Assembly: GCA_963718565.1 (NCBI GenBank)
Contig: OY970364.1
Coordinates: 288,001-352,000, forward strand
DNA from: an uncultured Verrucomicrobiae bacterium
Lineage (GTDB): Bacteria > Chlamydiota > Chlamydiia > Chlamydiales > Rhabdochlamydiaceae
DNA length: 64,000 nucleotides
Direction: 5' to 3'
In this document: positions 49,679-59,499 of the stretch, one piece after another
How positions within the stretch are numbered: the stretch's first letter is position 1
How the letters are laid out: every line of letters begins with the position of its first letter
The notes under the pieces: model-generated
The model's database searches: none
Seen by the model: the letters and a program-made list of their open reading frames with translations, nothing else
What the model was told of the DNA's origin: nothing
Made by a program: the position numbers and the translations under genes

Positions 49679-50293
49679 ATGGCTGAGGTAAAGTTTACCA
49701 AAACAGAATTGCGAGCCCAACAGCTTAAGCTCGATCGTCTGCGCAAATATCTTCCGACTCTACAGCTTAAAAAGGCAATGTTGCAGGTCGAAGTGAATCA
49801 AGCTCAAATAGAAATTGAGGCCCTGATGGGCGAATTCGCACTTTCTCAGGAAAAAGTCGGTAAATTCTCCGTACTGTTAACGGAGCGCAGCGCACCAGAC
49901 CTTTTTTCTGCGGTAAAAGTGCGCCAAGTTGACCGAATTCATGAAAACGTGGCAGGTGTAGAGATTCCGATTTTTGAACGGGTGATTTTCGAGCTGCCGA
50001 CTTATTCTCTTTTCGATACCCCAGTATGGTTTGAGTCGGCGATTCTTGGGATTAAAGAATTAATTATTGTCCGTGAAAAAATCAAAATCGTTCAAGAAAA
50101 AAAGCATGCTCTTGAAAAAGAACTTCGTGAGGTTTCCATCCGCGTTAATCTTTTTGAAAAAATCCTGATTCCGCGAGCTCAAGAAAATATCAAGAAAATT
50201 AAAATCTTCCTCGGCGATCAGCAGCTTGCTGCTGTTTCACAGGCCAAGGTTGCAAAGAAGAAAATCCTCTTAAGGTCACGAGGTAGGGAATGA
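49679..50293 (+). CDS. atpD: V-type ATPase subunit D
   Basis: LPTLQLKK and RVNLFEKILIP. Confidence 0.95.
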   Translation: MAEVKFTKTELRAQQLKLDRLRKYLPTLQLKKAMLQVEVNQAQIEIEALMGEFALSQEKVGKFSVLLTERSAPDLFSAVKVRQVDRIHENVAGVEIPIFERVIFELPTYSLFDTPVWFESAILGIKELIIVREKIKIVQEKKHALEKELREVSIRVNLFEKILIPRAQENIKKIKIFLGDQQLAAVSQAKVAKKKILLRSRGRE

Positions 50294-52221
50294 TCATCGA
50301 CGTAAAAAAATATCTCATCCTCGGTGCTAAAGAAGAGATCGATCAGTTTTTTAGCAGAGCGCAGCATCAAGGAGTCATCGAATTCATTTCTCCTCATGGT
50401 AAAAAACTGATTGAAGTTCCCCTTGAGATTCAGCAACTCCTGAATGCGATGAAGATCTTGCGCAAACTTCCCATCAAGAAACCTTATGAAGGCGAGATGG
50501 ACCTTCAATACGCTGATGAGACAGCGCAAAAAATCATCAACCTTAAAGCTGAAGTCGAGCGACTCTCTGAAGAAAAACGCCTCCTTGAAGCCGAAATCGT
50601 CCGTGTCACCCCATTTGGAGATTTTTCTCTTGAAGATATTGACTATATCGAACGTAAGGGCAAATGCGAAATTCAATTCTTTTGCATGAAAACAGCTAAA
50701 TCCCATCCCGCTGATCTCGGAGATGAGGTCATTTATATTGCCAGTGATTACGATCTGGACTATTTCATTGCAATCAATAAAGAGCTTCGCAGTTATCCTG
50801 ATATGATTGAAATGCGCATTGACAGGCCGCTTGGCGAGCTCCAAATGCATCTGGGCTTTGTTAAAGAATCTCTTCATCAGATTGAAGCGGAATTGAAAGG
50901 GTTTGCTGGACATTTGGATTTTCTTCACGAAGCGCTAGTCGAGCGGCTCAATGATTACAATCTCATTGCGGCAAAGAAAGAGGTGACCTATCCTCTGGAA
51001 AATTCATTATTCGCCATCGAAGCCTGGGTTCCTTCCAATAAAATAGCTGTTCTTTACGGGATTATCGACGGAATGGCAATTCACTGTGAACCGATCTTAA
51101 TCGAAGAAGCCGATCGGGTTCCCACTTATATGGAAAATAAAGGGCCTCCACGCATTGGAGAGGACCTCGTTAAGATTTATGATACTCCTGCGACGACAGA
51201 CCGCGACCCTTCAGGATGGGTCTTCTGGTTCTTTGCCCTATTTTTTGCCATGATTGTCGCCGACGGCGGATATGGCTTAATGTATTTAGGATTGTGCATC
51301 TATCTCCGATTCAAATACCCTAATCTCCGGGGAAGCGCGAAACGGTTCTTGCAGCTCGCGACAATTCTTTCTGTTTCCTGTGTGATTTGGGGGATTTTAA
51401 CCTCAGCATTTTTTGGTCTTGAGATCAGTCCCAAAAGCTGGCTCGGTAAGCTTTCGGTGATCCAATATCTTGCTGTCAAAAAAGCGGACTACCATCTTGC
51501 CCAGCACGATGACGTCTATCAATTTTGGGTCTCAAAATTCAGCAATCTTGCGCAGGTAACCTCAGGCCAGGAATTCCTCGATACAGCTGTTGTTAAAAAA
51601 GGCCATCACTTGAGCTATGAGGTTCTCAACGCCTTTTCCGATAGCATCCTTCTCGAATTTTCTTTGATGATCGGAGTGATTCATATCTCGCTCTCCTTGT
51701 TACGCTATCTGGGACGCCATTGGGCGGGGATTGGATGGGTGACGTTCATGATCGGCGCCTATATGTATTTTCCTTTAATCCTCAAGGCCACTTCTTTGAT
51801 CCATTTTGTAGGGATTGTCGATAAGCCGATGGGAGAAGCGATTGGACTCCAACTCATCTATACAGGCATTGCGATCGCACTTTTCTTGGCACTTTTACAA
51901 AAACGGCTTAAGGGAATTGGCGAAGTGGCCACTCTGATTCAGGTCTTTGCCGATGTCCTTTCCTACTTGCGTCTCTATGCATTGGGACTGGCAGGTGCCA
52001 TCATGGCGGAAACTTTTAATGAAATCGGGATCAGCGTCGGGCTTTTCCTCGGCGTCCTCGTCATCCTAGTTGGGCATAGCGTGAATATTATGTTAGGAAT
52101 TATGGCTGGAATGATCCATGGGCTTCGTCTTAATTTCATAGAATGGTATCATTATTGCTTTGATGGAGGAGGACGTCTTTTTCATCCATTAATGCGATTA
52201 AAAGCCAAAGAACATATTTAA
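50290..52221 (+). CDS. atpI: V-type ATPase subunit I (a)
   Basis: DVLSYLRLYALGLA and HGLRLNFIEW. Confidence 0.96.
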   Translation: MIIDVKKYLILGAKEEIDQFFSRAQHQGVIEFISPHGKKLIEVPLEIQQLLNAMKILRKLPIKKPYEGEMDLQYADETAQKIINLKAEVERLSEEKRLLEAEIVRVTPFGDFSLEDIDYIERKGKCEIQFFCMKTAKSHPADLGDEVIYIASDYDLDYFIAINKELRSYPDMIEMRIDRPLGELQMHLGFVKESLHQIEAELKGFAGHLDFLHEALVERLNDYNLIAAKKEVTYPLENSLFAIEAWVPSNKIAVLYGIIDGMAIHCEPILIEEADRVPTYMENKGPPRIGEDLVKIYDTPATTDRDPSGWVFWFFALFFAMIVADGGYGLMYLGLCIYLRFKYPNLRGSAKRFLQLATILSVSCVIWGILTSAFFGLEISPKSWLGKLSVIQYLAVKKADYHLAQHDDVYQFWVSKFSNLAQVTSGQEFLDTAVVKKGHHLSYEVLNAFSDSILLEFSLMIGVIHISLSLLRYLGRHWAGIGWVTFMIGAYMYFPLILKATSLIHFVGIVDKPMGEAIGLQLIYTGIAIALFLALLQKRLKGIGEVATLIQVFADVLSYLRLYALGLAGAIMAETFNEIGISVGLFLGVLVILVGHSVNIMLGIMAGMIHGLRLNFIEWYHYCFDGGGRLFHPLMRLKAKEHI

Positions 52222-52247
52222 TAGTTATTTATTTAGGAGATCTCAAT

Positions 52248-52670
52248 ATGGATTTTAGTATGATAGGGCCCGCACTGGTGCTAGGGCTCGGCTGCGTTGG
52301 AAGTTCCATCGGTTGTGGAATTAGCGGGATGGCTTCACATGCAGCGATGAGCCGAGTGGAAGAGAATCATGGTAAATTTATCGGCATGTCTGCCGTTTCT
52401 TCTTCTCAGGCTATTTTTGGTTTTGTCCTTATGCTCTTGATGAAAAACAGCATTGCGGCCGGAACCCTTTCCCCCCTATCTGGAATTGGCATCGGATTCT
52501 CCGTTGGGCTCGCGCTTCTTTTTTCTTCGATCTATCAAGGAAAATGCGCTGCGACAGGCATTCAGGCAGCCGCAAAGCAACCCGCAATCATCGGTAAATG
52601 TTTCGCAGCCCTTGGCATTGTCGAATCTTTTTCGCTGTTTGCTTTTGTCTTCGCATTGCTCTTGATCTAA
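52248..52670 (+). CDS. atpK: V-type ATPase subunit K (c), copy 1
   Basis: Four-TM proteolipid; GIVESF conserved Glu. Confidence 0.93.
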   Translation: MDFSMIGPALVLGLGCVGSSIGCGISGMASHAAMSRVEENHGKFIGMSAVSSSQAIFGFVLMLLMKNSIAAGTLSPLSGIGIGFSVGLALLFSSIYQGKCAATGIQAAAKQPAIIGKCFAALGIVESFSLFAFVFALLLI

Positions 52671-52694
52671 GAATCAGTCCACAAACCTGTTACT

Positions 52695-52979
52695 TTGATT
52701 TTTGATGACTTCCTTGTATATTCTAAGGAGATCTCCTGCACAAATTGCAACCATGCACACTATGAACAAGAGGATGGAACTGAACGCATTGTTTACAGCC
52801 ATAAAATGTTCAATGTGGGCATCGTGCATCCGACAGAGAACATATTCATTCCACTCAACAGTATGTGTGAAATAGATCCCAAAACAGAAAAAGTGCTTCA
52901 TCGGTTCGAATATGTTACAAGTCTTACGGTGAAGGATAGCAATAGATCAGCAATGGAATTTACTCGAGTAAGCACCTGA
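52695..52979 (+). CDS. Small hypothetical ORF between the two K genes
   Basis: 94-aa ORF with CTNC; no clear RBS, start uncertain. Confidence 0.35.
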   Translation: MIFDDFLVYSKEISCTNCNHAHYEQEDGTERIVYSHKMFNVGIVHPTENIFIPLNSMCEIDPKTEKVLHRFEYVTSLTVKDSNRSAMEFTRVST

Positions 52980-53119
52980 GAAGAGCTGTATACAGCTGCC
53001 TTAAAGGCTCTAGAGGATTCAGAGTTGTTTGTGTATAAATTCCTTTCGGTATATCATCAAATCTTTTGATAAAAATTCACATCTTTTGATCGAAGATGGA
53101 TGTATCAGGAGGAGCCTCT

Positions 53120-53542
53120 ATGGATTATGGTATGGTAGGACCCGCACTTGTCTTAGGGCTTGGTTGCATTGGAAGTGCGATTGGTTGCGGCATCGGGGGC
53201 ATGGCCTCGCATGCTGTCATGAGCCGCGTAGAAGAGAATCACGGCAAATTCATTGGAATGTCTGCTGTAGCCTCTTCACAGTCCATCTATGGTTTTGTTT
53301 TGATGCTGCTCATGAAAAACAGCATTCAAGCAGGTTCTTTGACACCGCTATCAGGAATTGGGATTGGTTTTTCAGTGGGGCTTGCTCTGCTATTTTCTTC
53401 GATGTACCAAGGAATGTGCGCGGCTTCTGGCATTCAGGCGGCAGCAAAACAACCAGCGATCATCGGCAAATGTTTTGCGGCATTGGGCATTGTCGAATCT
53501 TTCTCGCTTTTTGCCTTCGTCTTTGCATTGCTATTGATCTAA
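53120..53542 (+). CDS. atpK: V-type ATPase subunit K (c), copy 2
   Basis: Close paralog of copy 1; RBS AGGAGG before ATG 53120. Confidence 0.93.
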   Translation: MDYGMVGPALVLGLGCIGSAIGCGIGGMASHAVMSRVEENHGKFIGMSAVASSQSIYGFVLMLLMKNSIQAGSLTPLSGIGIGFSVGLALLFSSMYQGMCAASGIQAAAKQPAIIGKCFAALGIVESFSLFAFVFALLLI

Positions 53543-53592
53543 ATCCCATGTGCGCTGGAAATCCTCCAGCGCGCGTCAAACTATAATGATAA

Positions 53593-53964
53593 TTATCGGA
53601 TAGAGTCCGCTTCTTTTGGAAACACAGAAATCATAGAGCCTTGTCCGCCGAGAACGTATACTTTAGTCCCTTGTTGAAGAGCTTTACCTTCAAGACGGTA
53701 CCATCCTTCTTGGCCTAAAAGTAAAACGTCGCCTCTTTCTGAAGCGCGGATAGCGCTTTCAAGGTCTTTTTGCGGGGCGATCACACGAATAGCTCCGTTG
53801 AACTCCTGTGTCTGAACAGGCTGTTGTACCTTGGTGATTTGAGGCGCTTGATTGTTTGTGTTTGTGTCTTTTTTATCTTGATTTCCCGCTACTGGAGATA
53901 CAGTAGAGCTCATTAAAGCAGCTCCTGTTCCTAAAGTAAGCATGATTGTAGAAATGAATTTCAT
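53593..53964 (-). CDS. Small secreted hypothetical protein
   Basis: Signal peptide; strong RBS AGGAGG on the minus strand. Confidence 0.7.
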   Translation of the reverse strand: MKFISTIMLTLGTGAALMSSTVSPVAGNQDKKDTNTNNQAPQITKVQQPVQTQEFNGAIRVIAPQKDLESAIRASERGDVLLLGQEGWYRLEGKALQQGTKVYVLGGQGSMISVFPKEADSIR

Positions 53965-54347
53965 TTTTCCTCCTAAAATATTCTAGAACTACGGACAAAA
54001 AGATAGGTAAATAAAATTTCAGTACCTATAATTTAATTAATAAAGATTTCAAATATTTTATGCAAGGTTATTCTGTTGTATGATTTAAATAATGTTACTA
54101 TAGTTTGTTTTGCATAATTACAGCGCAAGAATTTAGGAGGTATTAATTAATACCTCCGAGAAGCGATCGTTCAAAAATGGGCTGTTATAATGGCCCCCTA
54201 AATTCACATTTTTAGACTGGGCGCAGTATAATTTGTCATTGGCGCCCGACAGGTCTGAACTTATTCCTGACACAGGTTTTCTCTTGGATTAAATAAAAAA
54301 GGAGTTGTAAATAGGAGATTGAGAGCAAAAGGATAACCGCGATTCCT

Positions 54348-55748
54348 ATGGAAAAAGAAAAAATCCGCATTGAAAAGGACACGTTAGGAGATGTTCAGGT
54401 TCCCGGGGATAAATACTGGGGTGCCCAAACTCAGCGCTCTCATGAGAATTTTAAAATTGGTGGGCAGCCAATGCCCATCCCGATGATCCATGCGCTCGCT
54501 ATGATTAAGAAAGCCGCTGCGATTGTGAATTGCGAATTGGGCTTGCTTCCCAAAGAGAAAATGGAACTGATTGTGAAAGCCAGCGAGGAGGTCATTTCCG
54601 GCAAACTTGACGGTCACTTTCCCTTGGTCGTTTGGCAAACGGGATCTGGCACCCAGACTAACATGAATGTCAATGAGGTGATCAGCAATAAGGCGATCGA
54701 GCTCGCGGGAGGTAAGTTAGGATCTAAAACCCCGATCCATCCCAATGATGATGTGAACAAGTCTCAATCTTCCAATGACACTTTTCCCACGGCAATGCAT
54801 ATTGCGACGACTTTAGAAGTTCGTAAAAAACTCCTACCGAACCTCAAAACCTTACTCGAAGGACTAAAGACAAAATCCAAAGAGTTCTGCAAGATCGTCA
54901 AGATTGGCCGTACTCATTTGATGGATGCGACCCCCTTGACTTTAGGGCAGGAGTTTTCAGGTTATGCTGCACAAATCGAGCATGGGATTGAGGCGATTGA
55001 AAATGCCTTGAGGCACCTTTCTGAAATTGCTTTGGGAGGAACCGCTGTCGGAACGGGATTAAATGCTCATCCTAAATACGCTAAACGCGTCGCTGAAGTG
55101 ATCAGCGAAATCACAGGAGTGACCTTTACGACTGCGCGTAATAAGTTTGAAGCTTTGGCAAGCAATGACTCCATTGTAGAGATGAGCGGTGCTTTAAAAC
55201 GGTTAGCTTGTTCTTATTTTAAAATTGCCAGGGATATCGCTTGGATGGGATCGGGTCCACGCTGTGGGATTGGCGAATTGGACCTTCCGGAAAATGAGCC
55301 CGGTTCTTCTATCATGCCAGGAAAAGTCAATCCGACACAGTGCGAAGCAATGTTAATGGTCTCCTGTCAGGTTTTTGGCAATGACACGGCCATTAGTATG
55401 GCTGGAGCCGAAGGAAATTTTGAATTAAACGTCTTCCGACCTGTGGCCATCTTCAATGTATTGCAGTCGATAGATTTGCTTTCCGATACGGCGATTAATT
55501 TTTACGATAAATGCTTAGTCGGAATCAAACCCAATGAAATGCGGATTAAAATGCATGTAGAAAATTCTCTGATGCTCGCCACGGCGCTCAATCCGATCTT
55601 AGGTTACGACAAAGCTGCTAAGGCCGTGCAAAAAGCTCACAAAGAAAATTTGACTTTAAAAGATGCCGTTGTGAATTTAGGTTATATGAAGGAGAAGGAA
55701 TTCGATGAGGCGATCGATCCGAGCAAAATGGTCAATCTCAACGATTGA
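54348..55748 (+). CDS. fumC: Fumarate hydratase class II
   Basis: [22 protein letters not shown] and [13 protein letters not shown]. Confidence 0.97.
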   Translation: MEKEKIRIEKDTLGDVQVPGDKYWGAQTQRSHENFKIGGQPMPIPMIHALAMIKKAAAIVNCELGLLPKEKMELIVKASEEVISGKLDGHFPLVVWQTGSGTQTNMNVNEVISNKAIELAGGKLGSKTPIHPNDDVNKSQSSNDTFPTAMHIATTLEVRKKLLPNLKTLLEGLKTKSKEFCKIVKIGRTHLMDATPLTLGQEFSGYAAQIEHGIEAIENALRHLSEIALGGTAVGTGLNAHPKYAKRVAEVISEITGVTFTTARNKFEALASNDSIVEMSGALKRLACSYFKIARDIAWMGSGPRCGIGELDLPENEPGSSIMPGKVNPTQCEAMLMVSCQVFGNDTAISMAGAEGNFELNVFRPVAIFNVLQSIDLLSDTAINFYDKCLVGIKPNEMRIKMHVENSLMLATALNPILGYDKAAKAVQKAHKENLTLKDAVVNLGYMKEKEFDEAIDPSKMVNLND

Positions 55749-56244
55749 TGTGGATGCCGAGCTTGGTGAGCAAGTAGCGGCCGACCAGAATTGGATGCTG
55801 GAGAAGCAGTGTGATGAGGACCCAGTAAGAAACTCCTTCGATCTTTTTGCGAAGTATGGTCGCGTGATTGGCCGTCGCCTCGCGAATCCACCACTCATAG
55901 GGCGGAGGAAGGTCAGGAAGGGCATTTAAGGGAAAAAAGCGAATGTCTTTTGTTTCCGCACCTATTTTCATCGAACCGCTTACGATCTGACATTCAAAAA
56001 GATGAGAAAATTTCGTCATCCTATTCACGGGTAAATATTCTGCGACTTTTCTCACGATGGAGGAGTGAAAACCCGTTTCTTCAAGAACTTCTCTTATCGC
56101 CCCGCCCTCGGGTGTTTCTCCCCGATCTAAGCCGCCTCCGGGCAAGACCCAAACAGGAATGTCCCGGCGTTTGATCAGCAGCACCTCCGTTTTGGCAGCA
56201 TTGAATACAATTCCGTAGACAGCCTGGCCTTTTTCTTTTTGCAT
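55738..56244 (-). CDS. NUDIX hydrolase
   Basis: [24 protein letters not shown]udix box. Confidence 0.92.
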   Translation of the reverse strand: MQKEKGQAVYGIVFNAAKTEVLLIKRRDIPVWVLPGGGLDRGETPEGGAIREVLEETGFHSSIVRKVAEYLPVNRMTKFSHLFECQIVSGSMKIGAETKDIRFFPLNALPDLPPPYEWWIREATANHATILRKKIEGVSYWVLITLLLQHPILVGRYLLTKLGIHINR

Positions 56245-56256
56245 ATTAGAATGGAT

Positions 56257-56338
56257 GCTGAGGAAAAAGTGTTTCTTGAATTTTGCTCCAATACTGTGAT
56301 AATGTAGCCGTCAATTGACTCATTTGAGTTGTTCCTTT
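56257..56338 (-). repeat. About 80-bp inverted fragment of the IS5/IS1182-like remnant (matches about 32595-32677)
   Basis: Reverse complement reads AAAGGAACAACTCAAATGAGTCAATTGAC...TTCCTCAGC; keeps TGG where the other copy has TGA. Confidence 0.8.
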
Positions 56339-56365
56339 CTAACATATTTTGACCTTATTGGCATC

Positions 56366-56851
56366 ATGAGAGTTAACCGTTTTTTACTGCTTTTCTTGCT
56401 GGCTCTCTCAGTAGTATTTTTTTCAAGCTGCCGGCAATATTATCTGTCTATCTGCCAGGAGTGGGTCGATGTGCGCTATCTTGCCAGCACTCATGTGGCA
56501 ACGCCAGATCCTAGGCAAGACCATCCTCCTATAGGGCAAATGCTGATTCTCGACTGGAGAGTCCCCAAAGAGATCCTCAAAAAAAAGCCGGAGGTAGTAC
56601 TGGACTTGATTTTATGGGATTACACCACGAGGCAAGTCCGTATACCGATCAAGCGCCAAATGGATTTTACAACATATAAATTGTTCAACGAAGACTATGA
56701 AAAGACGGGAGGGATTTTAACCTATAAGGCACAAATCGTGACTCAAGACGGGAAGATTTTTCGTGAATGGAAACATCAGCTCTGGGTCAATTTGATTACG
56801 ATCGATCAAGAAATGCCAGCTGGTGTCGAGAAGACCAAATCAGCCGAATAG
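56366..56851 (+). CDS. Conserved chlamydial hypothetical lipoprotein
   Basis: FFSSC lipobox; YLASTHVATPDP and GGILTYK. Confidence 0.7.
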   Translation: MRVNRFLLLFLLALSVVFFSSCRQYYLSICQEWVDVRYLASTHVATPDPRQDHPPIGQMLILDWRVPKEILKKKPEVVLDLILWDYTTRQVRIPIKRQMDFTTYKLFNEDYEKTGGILTYKAQIVTQDGKIFREWKHQLWVNLITIDQEMPAGVEKTKSAE

Positions 56852-57840
56852 ACCAACTCTTCCGTTGTTTGCCAATCCAGGCAAGGGTCCGTAATCGAGA
56901 CAGCATATTTGAGTAGTGAAAGATCTTCCGTCAAAGGCTGATTTCCACTTCTTAGGTGGCTTTCGAGCATCAGGCCGAAAATTTTATCGTTCCCTTTTTC
57001 AATCTGCTCCAAAATGGACGTAAAGACTTCGCGTTGCTTCTGATCATTTTTTTGGCAATTTCCATGCGCGCAGTCAATCATCAATCGTTGGGGGAGGCCG
57101 GCTTTTTTTAGCATCTTCAAGGCCAGACTTATGGAATCTGGATCATAGTTCGTGAAATCATTGGCCCCGCGAAGGATGATGTGAGAATCGGGGTTGCCCT
57201 CGCTTTGGACAACGCAAAGTTTCCCTTGTTCATCGATCTGGAGCAATGTATGAGGGTTCGTGGCAGAAAGAACCCCATGGACGGCGTTTTCAAGATTGCC
57301 ATCCGTACTGTTTTTAAAACCGATCGGCATCATTCTTGCCGAAGCAAATTGACGGTGCGGCTGTGATGCCGAAGTCCGTGCACCGATAAACCCCCAACTC
57401 ACGAGGTCTTCAAAATACAAGGCCGCAAGGGGATCGACGAATTCAGCGGCCGCAGGAATCTGCATCTCCGCCAAAGCGAGCAATAATTTTCGAGTCCATA
57501 ATAAGCCGGTTTTAATATCATGGCTGCCATCGAGATGAGGGTCGTAAAGAAGTCCCTTCCATCCTGTTGCCGTTCGAGGTTTTTCTATATAGACTCGCAT
57601 GACCATAAAGCAAGAGCGTTTGACGGATTCGGCGAGCTTTTTAAAGTGTTGGGCATAATCGAGAGCAGATGCGCAGTCATGAATCGAGCATGGCCCTATG
57701 ATCAACGCTTTACGCCGGTCTTGCCCTCGAATAACCTGTCTTGCAATTTCACGGGACTGCGCGATAAAAGTAGATGCTTGAAAGGACAGCGGAGATTGCT
57801 TTTTAAGTTCGCAAGGAGTGGGAAGAGCTATCGATATCAT
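56806..57840 (-). CDS. DAHP synthase class I (AroF/G/H type)
   Basis: IGPCSIHD, RVYIEKPRTATGWKGL, IGARTS, DCAHGN and SITDPCL. Confidence 0.93.
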   Translation of the reverse strand: MISIALPTPCELKKQSPLSFQASTFIAQSREIARQVIRGQDRRKALIIGPCSIHDCASALDYAQHFKKLAESVKRSCFMVMRVYIEKPRTATGWKGLLYDPHLDGSHDIKTGLLWTRKLLLALAEMQIPAAAEFVDPLAALYFEDLVSWGFIGARTSASQPHRQFASARMMPIGFKNSTDGNLENAVHGVLSATNPHTLLQIDEQGKLCVVQSEGNPDSHIILRGANDFTNYDPDSISLALKMLKKAGLPQRLMIDCAHGNCQKNDQKQREVFTSILEQIEKGNDKIFGLMLESHLRSGNQPLTEDLSLLKYAVSITDPCLDWQTTEELVYSADLVFSTPAGIS

Positions 57841-58064
57841 TAAATGAGTGGGTGATTTTTTGCATCAGGCAGACCGTATATCGAAATATCGAAACAACAT
57901 GAAGAGCCGACCCTTCATGTTGCTTCAGTATAACATAGTAAAGCAAAATCTTGCAACAAGTTCTAAATTAGGCCAATCTTTCAGGAGCCGTGTCAGGGAT
58001 AAGTTCAGACCTGTCGGGGCGCCAATGACAAATTAGCTTCTTGTGACATATGTTTAAAGACTAC

Positions 58065-58178
58065 ATGAGCACGACGGATGGGATCAACGCAGAGACGCAG
58101 AGCCGCAGAGACGCGGAGAAAATTGAAAACAGATTGACAGAGCAGGTAATAGATGCTGCAATCGAGGTCCATTTTTGA
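58065..58178 (+). pseudogene. N-terminal remnant of a GxxExxY-family protein
   Basis: MSTTDGINAETQSRRDAEKIENRLTEQVIDAAIEVH is cut off just before the expected LGPG motif. Confidence 0.55.
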
Positions 58179-58197
58179 AGTTTCTTCAGTATAAATC

Positions 58198-58244
58198 AAA
58201 GTGTTGAGGCTAGGCATTATTTCAATGCCTAGCTTTAACACTTT
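58198..58244. terminator. Long hairpin, possibly a bidirectional terminator
   Basis: AAAGTGTTGAGGCTAGGCATT-ATTTC-AATGCCTAGCTTTAACACTTT. Confidence 0.55.
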
Positions 58245-58263
58245 TATTTACGCCCGCTTGGAC

Positions 58264-58686
58264 CAGGGTATAGGAAATTAAGAAGAATTTTTTAAACTTA
58301 GTAAAGGTTTTTAAAGTGTCTCTTTTTCACATGTCGGGGACAAAGCACTGCGTGTCCTTTATCCCCTGCTGGCCCCCTTGAGACTCATCTCGCTTTGCCA
58401 AATCGCGTGCTCGTCGGGGGGCCGTGCAAAGCACTGATCCCCCCATGCAAAGCGTAGAGGGCAGACAATTTCGAGACGGCCTATTGACGCTCAAGCAGAC
58501 ATGCGCCAGACTTGGCGTGAGCTTTTGGGAGTATTTGAGTCGGTGGTTTCGAGGGGATCCGGCTGAGTCTCAAGGGGCCAGCAGGGGATAAAGGACACGC
58601 AGTGCTTTGTCCCCGACATGTGAAAAAGAAGCACTTTAAAAACTTTTAGTGAATTTAAAAAAATCTTCTTAATTTCCTGCGCCCTG
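58264..58686. mobile_element. 423-bp foldback element with about 124-bp TIRs and ISAs1-type ends, carrying an IS66 fragment
   Basis: CAGGG...CCCTG termini; arms 58264-58387 and 58564-58686; 10-bp flanks CCGCTTGGAC / CCGCTTGAAC. Confidence 0.88.
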
Positions 58687-58758
58687 CCGCTTGAACATTC
58701 TCGCTTTCAAAATCTTCGGAAAAAAGGTATCATGCTCCTTTTTTGTAGAGGTTGACGA

Positions 58759-59493
58759 ATGACAATGGGTGTTTCTTTCTCTCAGACTTTTCGTTGGACT
58801 GATTGCATTCCTTGCGATTGGGTCAATGATCTATGCAAGATTGTCTATGGTTTGGCGATGAAAATTTTTAACGCAATCAAAGATTGTTTTACTGTCAATC
58901 AGAATACACCGATAACTGGAGTGACAACAGGAACAACTCTAAACTCTACGGTCGCAATGACAAATGCCCCTAACCCGCGAAATATTATTCCTTTTTATTA
59001 TGGCCTTGAGGCCAACAACAACCATGTGACTTTACATCAAATCTTGAGTTGGGACGATGGACAACTTGAAGCTGTCCATAACTATATTCAATGGCTTTTC
59101 CCTTTAGAAACTGCAAGCGGTCCAAATCCCACAGCCCCTGTCCTTGATCAGGCAACGATCCAGACCTTCCGCGGCGATGCGCGGCTCAAAAACGAGCTCC
59201 TCAACTCTTTTCGCCGGATGTTGATTTTCTATGGACTGCGGATGGATGAGGCGACACGCGTGATCACCCGGGCGCCTAATTTTAATGTGCGTGCAGCAGT
59301 TTGGTTAACCCCTATTGATCATAATTATCATAATTTCTTGAGGATCACACGGATTATCCATTCACTGTGTATCCTTGGACTGACTGAGTATGGGCGAGCA
59401 TTTCTGACCGTGATGACAGATATTGCGCGCAATGAAGGTTCTGCTACTGTTGGCAATGACACTCTGAGATATTGGCAGACAGCTATATCTTAA
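58759..59493 (+). CDS. Opioid growth factor receptor (OGFr_N)-like domain protein
   Basis: LEAVHNYIQWLFP, RRMLIFYGL and HNFLRITRIIHSL motifs. Confidence 0.82.
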   Translation: MTMGVSFSQTFRWTDCIPCDWVNDLCKIVYGLAMKIFNAIKDCFTVNQNTPITGVTTGTTLNSTVAMTNAPNPRNIIPFYYGLEANNNHVTLHQILSWDDGQLEAVHNYIQWLFPLETASGPNPTAPVLDQATIQTFRGDARLKNELLNSFRRMLIFYGLRMDEATRVITRAPNFNVRAAVWLTPIDHNYHNFLRITRIIHSLCILGLTEYGRAFLTVMTDIARNEGSATVGNDTLRYWQTAIS

Positions 59494-59499
59494 GAGTTG

